Of a stretch of 64,000 nt of DNA, positions 54,568-64,000 are shown in pieces. Source of the stretch: Klebsormidium nitens. Lineage: Eukaryota; Plantae; Klebsormidiophyceae. A program made the translations under genes and the position numbers. The notes under the pieces were generated by a model. That model saw only the letters and a list, made by a program, of their open reading frames with translations. It was not told where the DNA came from and ran no database searches. How positions within the stretch are numbered: position 1 is the first letter of the stretch; the number at the start of each line of letters is the position of its first letter. The stretch spans positions 205,790 to 269,789 of the forward strand of contig DF237001.1 in the NCBI GenBank assembly GCA_000708835.1, written 5' to 3'.

Positions 54568-57530
54568 TCACGCCCGGATGTCCTCGAAGCCGTACATGTC
54601 CAGGAGGCGCTCATCCTCCCGCCACCCAGCGGACACACTGACGCGCAGCTGCACATCCAAAAGGACAGCGCATACGTCACCAGCAAGGCTCTCATCCAAG
54701 ACAGAAGCAGCAGGGGCAACCCACTGCTGTAGCAGGGACAATCACATCGATAAACAGTGACAGGCCTTGACCCAGCGCTCCAAGCGGACGGATTTGTGGC
54801 ACATCGATGAGAAGAGCGGCCAGAGGAGGGGACGAGAGGCAGCTCACGTCGAGGAAGACCTCCTTCTGCAGGAAGTCCTCAATGTCTTTGCGCGCCGCCA
54901 TGGCCAGCTTCTTCAACGCCTCACCGCCCTGCACCATACTTCAGGCCGACCTTCAGAGACTTGCAGTCAAGCACTGTCCACGAAGAAAGGTCTTGCTGCT
55001 GCCACACTGCAGAAGGACCGGATGCGCACGTCCATTGACGTCTTGCGGGATTGCCCTGTTGGCTATGCTTTGTGCCACCAGGATTACGCCAGGGGGTGTG
55101 AGCGGCGCGCCCCACCTTGCCAATGAGGATGCCCTTCTGATTGTCCTTCTCGACCACAATCTCGAGGTAGATCATGTCCTTGCCCGCCGGCCGCGCCTTG
55201 TAGTCCACGCAATTCACCTGCCGCCACAACAAAGCCATGTCAACCACAGAATTGCGAAGGTGCCAACTCTGTTCTTGGCATCCAGGGCTCCAAAGTTATT
55301 TTGACGGAGAGCGCTTGGCTGTGACAAGGACATTTCTCCTTGTGAGTTGGCAGGCATGACAGACACCTGCTGCTCTTTGCAAGTCGTCCCACCACCGACC
55401 GTGTGCGGTACCGGCCGGCGATGGGCGCGCTGACCTGGCAGGCATAGGGTACCTCCTGCTTGTACTGCAAGAAGATCTTCTCGCGCAGGATCTCCGCTAC
55501 AAAGAAGCGCTCCGGGTGCTCGCTCACAATGTCCTGCACAACCATGCCGCAAGCTAAAACCCGGGCTTTGCTGATGAGACGGGGATTACGTGTACACCTC
55601 GCTTTCTCCCGAAACGATAACAAATGCCAAAGTCGCCATTGCCCTCAAACAGAGACAAACACGCCCGATCCTCTGAAGTAGGAAGATAGCTTGGCAAGGG
55701 CGTGGAGGTAGCCTCCTCCTAGCCTGCTCGTCTGTTTCCGAAGAGGCGTGAGGCGCCCACCTTGGGGTAGTAGGCGGGCCCGAGGGGCATCTTGGAGAGC
55801 ATCCACTGACGCACCGCGCCCACGCCCTGCCCGTACTTGGCACTCACGGCAATGACGTCATCAGCCCCGCTGTTCTGCTCGTACCACTGCAGATTGAGAA
55901 GACAGGTGCGCATCAGCAGGGCCAATTGTGCCCCGTTTCTAACAAAGGGCGCGGGGCCACCGCAACAGGCAACACAAGTGACAAACGATCCATGTTTAGG
56001 GAAGGGAAGGTAGTTTAGTTTTGCGCACTAGTGGTCGATGACTGCCCATCGAACGGTGAAAGCGAAATTCACTCTTTATCTTATAACAATCATAAAACTG
56101 GTCAGCTCAAGGCCGCATTCCTCACCCCAAAGCTGACACACTGTTCAGAGGTGTACACAACATCTTCATCAGCAATAACATCCAGCGTGTGCTGTGCCCC
56201 ACCTCGACTTTGTCCGCCAGGTCCCTGGGGCGCACCAGGTCCTTCTTGTTGAGCACCACCAGCAGGGGTCGCTGCATCGCGCGCAGCTCCTCCTCCTCCC
56301 CCACCTCGCCACCCTCGCCTCCGCTTCCGCCTGTAAAAATTCGCACGATATGGGCGTTGGTCATGTCTCCTACCCAGGAGATTGTTTCTGGTGTTACTGA
56401 CTGCAAGGGCCACCAGCTTCTATCCCCCCTCACAGACTGGTGTAGACTATTAAAACAAAACATTCGTAAACAAACGTGTTCCCAGACAACTTGAGGGCGG
56501 ACCAGCTCAAAGGAGCCCCCCTCTTTCCAAAGCCCACCGCCTCATGACGGGGTCAGAGACGAAAGGCTAAGCCAAGCCCCACGCAACGCTTGGTCCCACT
56601 ATCCTCGTTGTTCCTGCTCCCTCCCACTGACCTGGCTGGCTGGGTGGTGCTGTGCGGTCCACGGAGTCGTGCACAGCCTCCAGGATGCGGATGGGCTCCA
56701 GCGTGGCGTCCACGATGGCCAGCACGGCGCTGGCGTTGATCATGGCGGTGCGCACGTTGCGCATCATCACCTCCTCCAGCTTGTTGCGCCGCTCCGCAAT
56801 CACGCCGGGCGTGTCAAAGAGCACCACCTGGTACTCCTCCTCGCTGACGATGCCCAGGATCTGGTGCCGCGTCGTCTGCGGCTTCTGGCTCACGATGGAC
56901 ACCTTCTGCCCCACCAGCTGGTTCATCAGGCTGCTCTTGCCCGCGTTCGGCTTGCCCACCACTGCAACGTACCCTGCACCACACAACCACCACCGCCAGC
57001 ATCAGAAGAAACACCAGAAGCACCTCACCGCAGCGCCACACTAACACCGTACAGAACCTGTCACAACATGTCCGGCGATGTGCCTCCCTAGCGATGGGTA
57101 GCGGCGGCTCACCACTTCGATGGTGGGGTGGGAGCCGCGCATTGAGTGTGTCCATGTCCTCCTCCTCCTCCTCTTCCTCCTCCTGCCGCTGCCCCCGCTT
57201 GTCTCCCGCCGCATTATCCTTGGCTTGCTGATTGTCAAACAGGGGCGCTATGGAGGCTATCCGCTGGCGCCTTGCTGCGCAACAGACCCGCGCATATTCT
57301 CGTCTACTTGTAATGCAGACTCTTTTGCCGCCCAAGATAGAACCAAGACCCACTGAACCGTCTCCAGCGAGGACGTCTGCCTTCGCCTGCTGGCAGCTTC
57401 TTCTGTGATGACGCCTCTTTGTGATGACACAAGCTGCAATGCCGTCGTGTCCTATACTGGGCTCTGGGCCATAGCTCGTGCTGGCTGCAGGGAAGACAGT
57501 TCGGCCCCCTCGCACAAAAACGGCTTCCAT
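54568..57530 (-). CDS. era: Era GTPase (KH-domain), probably plastid-targeted
   Basis: N-terminal transit-like extension, then HRSG|YVAVVGKPNAGKSSL (G1), KPQTTR (G2), DTPG (G3), LNKKD (G4), VSAKYG (G5) and C-terminal KH (EILREKIF..QEVPY, QKGILIGK|GGEALKKLAMAARKDIEDFL). Last exon LRVSVSAGWREDERLL..; stop at 54568. Confidence 0.95.
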
Positions 57531-58440
57531 GGCGCCCTCGTCAGGCTAAGTAATATATTGGAATGAGGCAGATTGTGCTGCTTCAAATTCAATGTCCATG
57601 GAATACCATGTTGCCAATGCCAATGGCAATGGCTTGACATCCTAGCTCCCTCAAACCCTAAAAACTCAAATGGTCTTAAACCATTACCGAGGGGAAGACC
57701 ACCATTACCACCGGTGTGAAGTTATGAAGGGGGTTATGAATCAAACCTCCGGTTATGGCTACGTTACCAAACATGGCGGCAGAAGGCAGCCAATTTGGCC
57801 TTCGGTGGCAAGGTCACAGAGGTGGTCATCAGGGGCGCATCAGGGGCGCACCAGTCTGATCAGAATCGATAGCACCGTCTTCAGGATTCAAAAGCAGGTT
57901 GACAGGCTTAGATCTCTTCCTTTTCGTGGTGCTGGGCTGATTAGGACTGTCTGACTTGATAATACACAGCATGTCTTTGCTCGCGGGGCATCTTCACGTC
58001 CCAGCTTGGTGACTCTGAGGGGGGGGTTGCATGGCCTTGTGGGGAAGGCTGCTCATCCGAGCAAGTGAAGCGGGAGAAGGCGCACGTAGGGCTCTGGGGT
58101 AAGGAGTAGTCGCGCTGCATGCATGGCCACCAGTGCTCAGAGCGAGTGGGCAGCCATCAGCAACTAGCCTGAAGGCCACCACCTCATCTCAGCTTGCAGT
58201 GGCGCAAAATCGTTGTTAAGCAACGTTGAAAGCTGCCAGCTGCCCTTTCCACTTCTATATCATGTGTTCCTTGATGCAGATTCCTAAGAGGACCCGATGT
58301 TGAAACTTGGAACCCCCTAGCCTGCCTGCCTTTTGGCTGTCTTGTGTGCTAGTCACCCTTGTATCTTTTGTAGTTCCAGCAGTTTTCTGGGCATGATTTC
58401 AATCTTCTCCTCTCTTTCTAAAGGGCCTCGTCACTGTGCA
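57531..58440. promoter_or_regulatory. Probable bidirectional promoter between Era and ABC1 kinase, with telo-box
   Basis: AAACCCTAA at 57653-57661; ACCATTACC twice (57680, 57701); GTTATG three times (57721, 57733, 57752). Confidence 0.5.
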
Positions 58441-58706
58441 GGCATGGTCTGAGTGGCAGGTCGGGGGCGCAGGCGAGGAGGGCGCTGGGGAAGGAGCCTG
58501 TTCAGACAGTCTTGGCACAGGGCCCTCCGCTTCGGTGCGGCGCATCCGTGACGACAGTGCCGATTGGTGTAGCCTTAGTACTCACATCAAGCAGACAAGT
58601 TAGTAAAGCGGCCAGTTTGCTGCTGGCGCGCACCACCCGTTGCACTCTACATCCCAAACACTTCAGTTCTTCTCTTCGAGGAAAGTCTTTGTCCTACTCC
58701 GGCCAG

Positions 58707-61700
58707 CAGCAGCTTTCTCTGACTTCCGCTGCTGTGCGAGCCTATACCACTGGGGTAGGCCGCGGCACAGCCCGGCAGTGGACAGGGCCTCGCTCATGGA
58801 GCAGTGCGGTGGGGGCCAGGGGCGGGGGGCGGGCGGGCATGCACAGCGTGGCAGCGGGACGGGCGGGTGAGCTGCGGCATGGGTGGCGGGCGCTGTGGGA
58901 GGCGTGGGTGGAGGGCAGCCGAGGAGGGACAGCCCTGCCCCCAGCACTGCGCACGGTGGGGGCCATCAGCCTGGCCTGTGCGCGCTCCAATGTTGCGGCG
59001 CGCGCGTTTGCGGTGGTCGTGGCACAGAGCTGGCGCAGCAAGGTGTACGCGGAGCCGCTCTTCCCCGGGATGCACATCAACAGCAGGGCCGCGCCGCCGC
59101 CCTCCCCGCTGTGGGCCGCAATAAAGGCGGTGAGAGAACCACCCACGGGGCTTTGGTTAAGAAGCAGCCTTGTGAGACCACAGTCCAGTGAGGGCAAGAG
59201 CGACATAGGATGATCTAAAGTCAGTCAATTCGCTGTCAACCTCATTGTTGATGATCTGGCCCGTCACAGTGTGTGTGCCAGGGCATCTGCCCGCACCAGC
59301 TTACTGCCCTTTGACACAGCCCCGGTGTGCGGTGCAGTCTCTGGAGGGCCTGGTGCTGGTGCTGCGCAGCATGTACCTGCTGCTCCTCTTCACCCCGGCC
59401 GTGCTCATGGCCCCCCTGGCCGACAGCCTCGGGCCGCGCTTCCGCAAGCTCTGGCTGCGAGTGGTGCACGCCAGCCTCGAACAAGCAGGTGAGGGGCCTC
59501 TGAATCGATGGAGCCCCTTGGCGTCTTTGAACAAGGACGTCCCGAGCTGATGTCCAAGGGGTCTGTGCTTACCTTGTTTCTGGGCTCTTGGAATGTTGCT
59601 AGGCCTCAAGACTACGAATGTCTCCTTGTCCGACAAGGCAGTTGTCTAAGCGGAATGGATTTTGTGATGCAGTGCGATGGGGCTTGATGCACTATATCTT
59701 TGGAGAGGTTTGGAGACCCATGCAAGAGCCCGACATATCCCAATAGTTTAAAAAGCACAGTGTTGTGAAGCTTCGACTGGAAGGTTGTATGCGGATGACT
59801 TTGAAGTTGATGAAAATTTCGTTTGCAAACATTCTTCAGTCAAGCAGTCGATAATGTCGGTAGAAACTAGGGGCTTTCACGTCGTGCTTGAGTCCTGGCA
59901 AAAGAAGGTTGGTTCGATGAGATGATCGAGACACTTCTTTTCGGGTGTGTAACATTCTCTTGTTCTGTTCATGATTACTCCTCATTGCTTTCGGTGACCT
60001 GCTTCTCGACACATTGTAGCCCAGGACACGAGCAATATCCAGAAAATACCGTTCGACGAGGCCATGGTGTGTGTTCCCTGGCCTGTCTGACGCCTGCGTG
60101 TGGCGGCGTGTGCAGGCGCTGCGTTCATCAAGTGGGGCCAGTGGGCTGCGACGCGGCCGGACCTGTTCCCCAAGGACATGTGCGAGCAGCTGACGCAGCT
60201 GCACTCCAACGCGCCCGCACACTCATTCAAGACAACGCGGAAGATCGTAGAGGCCGCCTTTGGGCGCCGCATCTCCGAGCTTTTCGACGACTTCGAGGAG
60301 GTCCCCGTCGCCAGCGGCAGCATCGCGCAGGTCAGCACTCCTGTCCGGACTGCCGCCGCTTCGCCTGACAATACTGCGCTGTTTTTTCTCATCAAGGACA
60401 TTGACGTGGACGATGCCAAAAACCTGATCAAGCACGTATATGCAGCAAAGTGTCAGCAGCATCAACGAGAACGCCAGAATTTACGCTTGGCAAGGGTGGG
60501 GTGCTTGTGTGCCTCCGCCGTTAACGTTGTGGCTCCGTGCGTTGCGTGCGAGCAGGTGCACAAGGCGGTGCTGAAGCGCGGGGGCCCCGTGCGGCTCAAG
60601 GGCGCGGCCAAGCGGCAGGAGGTGGCGGTCAAGGTGCGGCACCCAGGCGTGAGCGAGATCATCCGGCGCGACTTCGTCATCATGAACACCATGGCGCAGC
60701 TCTGCTCCACGCTGCCCGGCCTGCGCTGGATGCGCCTCGACGAGTCCGTCGCGCAATTCGCCGTCTTCATGCTCGAGCAGGTCAGCCGCCGGCCGGCTCG
60801 CGAGGGGGCCTCTGTACCAGATTGCAGTAACCTGTGTGACTCCCTTCTTCTTCCCCAGCTGCTTCGTCAAGCGGCCTCTGTGATGCCGGTTCAGGTCTGG
60901 TTGTTGGAGATTGTTTATCTTAGCATGCAATTCAAAGGGTCTCGTTGCTGTTGTAAACTGTTTCCGCTTTAGCCTCTGCAAAGAGACGCTGTTTCGTTCA
61001 TGTTCCCTGTCGCACCTGGAAGTTTCGCACTCTGCTCACGACAGCGCCGCCCTACGATCCCGGCTTACCCTAGCCCGTTACTGGCGTGCAGGTGGATCTG
61101 GCGCGCGAGGCTGCGCAGCTGAGCCGGTTCCTGTACAACTTCCGGCGGTGGAAGGACGTGAGCTTCCCCGTCCCAGTGTACCCGCTGGTGCACCCTGCGG
61201 TGCTCGTCGAGACGTTTGAGCGCGGGCAGAGCGTGGCCGCCTTCATGGACACCTCACGCAAGCCCGAGCTCAACTCGCAGCTCGCGCACATTGGCACGCA
61301 CACCCTCCTTAAAATGCTCCTCGTAAGCACCGCCCCGCCCCCACCTCCTGCGAGCCGCCATGTTTGCAACTTGGCTTCTATCATTGATTCCTTTGACTTT
61401 CTTTGGCTTTCAGGCTCTATCAGTTCCGAGTTGTTGTCGAAGTGAAAACAGTGTCTAGTGTTCATCTCGTGCCCTTTGCCCAACCTCACCCGACGAATTG
61501 CTCCGGAAACGAGCGGGTCGGTTTCTTTTGCCCTTGTCGACCGTCTCCGCCCATGTGCGGAGGACGTCGCGTTTTTCGTTCTTGTGGTTCTTCGCGCATT
61601 TTCATCCTGTTGCTACGGCGCTATGCTGTGCCGCCGTATTGGTTGCTCTTGACGCTCTCCCTCCGGCCGCGCCATGACCTGCAGGTGGACAACTTCATCC

Positions 61701-62206
61701 ACGCGGACCTGCACCCGGGCAACATCCTGGTGCGCGTCGAGGGGCGGCGCAAGCACCCGCACCTGGTGCTGCTGGACGTGGGCATGACCGCGCAGCTCGC
61801 GCCCCGCGACCGCTACACGCTGCTCGAGCTCTTCAAGGGCGTCGCCCAGCGCGACGGCCGCCGCGTCGCGGAGATGACGCTGCAATTCAGCCGGCAGCAG
61901 GAGTGCCCAGACCCAGCGCGCTTCGTGGCGGACGTGGAGAAGCTATTTGAGAGCTTCCACGTGGACAAGCGCGCGAGCCTGCACACGGGCGAGTGCATGG
62001 CGGAGCTGCTGGAGGAGGTGCGACGCCACCGCGTCAACATCGACGGCTCCGTGTGCACCGTCATCGTGACCACGCTGGTGCTGGAGAGCTGGCAGCGCCG
62101 CCTGGACCCCGACCTCAACATCATGGACACCCTGCACGCGCTGCTCTTCAAGGCCGACTGGGCCACCAGCGTCGGGCACACCATCGACGCGCTCATGGCG
62201 CCGTGA
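58707..62206 (+). CDS. ABC1/AarF atypical protein kinase, ADCK2-like clade; start not resolved
   Basis: Exons with LRSMYLLLLFTP, GAAFIKWGQWAATRPDLFP, PVASGSIAQ|VHKA, VAVKVRHPGV, VDLAREA, DNFIHADLHPGNILV and VLLDVGM; stop at 62204-62206. Confidence 0.93.
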
Positions 62207-62539
62207 GGGGAGGGGCCGTCGTTAGTTTGATGCATATTGTGTACTGTGGCCAGAAGGTACGGATAGCAAGGTAACGTTGGTCCTGGATATGGCGATCTGG
62301 TTGCTACAGGTTACATCAGTCACTCAAAGTCATGTTCTCGCTTTGTTTTTAATATCAAGGCGTCGCTCCGGCTCAGGGACGTCCTTGAGTTTTCAGTCTG
62401 GTCCATCATATATTTGACTTGTGTGGTGACTTTTTTGAAGCCGCACATGCGGGCCTACTAGGCTATCTGTCAAATTTATGATGACATTCACAACATACAA
62501 CAGTTTCAAGTTTTGCGTCACTGAAACAGCTAGCGCGGT

Positions 62540-64000
62540 CACTGACTTAAGATTAGTAATCAAGCCAATGAGAATCCGATTGCATCGTGCGCGCTCACAT
62601 GACGTCACAAATTGATATTGGCCGGCGCAGCATGTCCGGAATGCATTATGGATGTATACACGTACGTACATTGAGGTAGATTATACCGCGGCGCTCATAT
62701 TGGCACATGTATGCATTTGCATGCGGCCCCGGGTATATAGGTGGCTTGGAGGAGTCATTGCAAGGCGTTTACATGGAGGTTAAAGTCCCGTCGGTAAGTC
62801 GATTTTCGGACTTTCCACCCCGACTTGCCTTTTACATGTGGTAGCGACTTACCGTAGTACCGTGGTAAGTCGACTTATCGATGGTAGGCCCCGATTTAAC
62901 TCCATCGAAATCGATGCATGAGGTAAACGGTGGTCAGTCGTGCATGGTCACTACCGGTAAGTCCAAATGAGTGCGGATTTGCCCTCGATCGATCGGGACT
63001 AATACCCGGCATCGACTTACCCTCGGACCATGCACTGGGCCATGTAAAACGCCGATCGCGACGAGCCCACGGTAGGTTTGGGCGGTACAAGTTCAGTCGA
63101 TATCGCGACAGTGCCCGGCAAGTCAGCACTTACCGTCGGCAAACCACCTCTCATGTAAAAGGCCTAGGCTCATTGAGCTCATTGCACATGAACATTTGAC
63201 TGTAAAATTAAAGAGCAGGACTACCGTACTTAACATGAGCATGACACACACCACGTACATCATTGTACGATGCCATGTATCCGAGAAGCCTATCTAGCAA
63301 TGGCTTTGCGCATGCATGCATGCTACATCGATCACAACGAAAAGCTAGAGACCTTTCATATGCAGCTAAATTGATTGTAGCATCTGGCAATACGTATATA
63401 TGTAGGTTCGATCCCCCTTCGATCCAATCTGGCTTGGCTTGGACTTCTGTGTCGAGTACGTTGTGGTGCATATATTTAGGCTTCGAGGATTGTGTATGTT
63501 CATGCGTATGTATCCAATTCGCTCAGTACAGGGCGGCCGGGCCAAGATCCTTCCAAGATCGAGCGGGAACTTGATGAGCGGGGCCGGAATTGAGCTCGAG
63601 ACACCTAGCGCGCACCTAGCTGGAAGACTCGGAGACGAGAACAGTGTGGAGACAATGGAACTTAGAAGCCCGCTCAGCCGGTGGGCCAAAAATGCCTAGC
63701 GTGTGAATAGCCCTCCAACGTGTACGTACGGTTGACATCATTATTGGCTTGACATGTATAACTTCAAAGGTACGTTAAACGTTCTCGATTGCATGCCAAG
63801 GATCACGTGTACACCGTACGGCATATCAATTGATCTATAATCAAGTTTTGCAGGGAAAGAAACGTCCGGTCATAGTAGCATGCTCATGAAGGAAATGTGT
63901 CGAAGAGTGGAAGAGGTCAATTGTCCACATGCGCAGACATGCATCTTCCGGCCAAGCATGACGGTGCACTGGTAGTGCAAAAGGCAGGCCAGCGGGGGGT
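62540..64000. other. Palindrome-rich island downstream of the ABC1 kinase
   Basis: CACGTACGTAC, ATGCATTTGCATGC, GCGCATGCATGCATGC, TGTACGTACG, CGATCGATCG; no credible ORF. Confidence 0.55.
62763..63165. mobile_element. MITE-like non-autonomous element with imperfect terminal inverted repeats and an internal GGTAAGTC/GACTTACC motif array
   Basis: Left AGGCGTTTACATGGAGGT..CCGTCGGTAAGT versus right reverse complement AGGCCTTTTACATGAGAGGT..CCGACGGTAAGT. Internal TIR-like copies GCCTTTTACATG (62827) and CCATGTAAAACGCC (63040). About six GTAAGTC/GACTTAC motifs. No clear target-site duplication. Confidence 0.6.

Noticed and set aside
60100-60972. 290-aa ORF suggesting an insertion in the ABC1 kinase
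   Set aside because: It reads through stop-free introns (GTCAGC..GCGAGCAG); splicing restores SIAQ|VHKA.

Overview
Eukaryotic nuclear DNA with GC-rich exons and GT-AG introns of about 300-700 bp. The gene set (a WOX13-type homeobox, an ATXR3-like SET protein, a plastid Era) and composition point to a streptophyte green alga, probably Klebsormidium-like (inference). Eight intron-containing genes were reconstructed by hand: M28/ERMP1-like peptidase (-, runs off the left edge), BRK-domain ATXR3/SDG2-like SET protein (+), WOX (+), G-patch/R3H protein (-), NYN-LOTUS ribonuclease (-), YLPM1/ZAP3-like P-loop protein (+), Era GTPase (-) and an ABC1/ADCK2-like kinase (+). Three pairs are head-to-head across short intervals. 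Intervals downstream of 3' ends carry islands rich in short palindromes, one containing a MITE-like element. The most notable observations are: a WOX combining WOX13-clade N-terminal and homeodomain features with a WOX9/11-type C-terminal domain; a BRK domain fused to a divergent ATXR3 SET protein; a hybrid NYN/multi-LOTUS RNase with a prion-like repeat, head-to-head with a kinase-fold YLPM1 gene; and the position-specific palindrome islands. Most short ORFs in the supplied track are shadows of GC-rich exons. Family assignments come from remembered motifs, not database searches.
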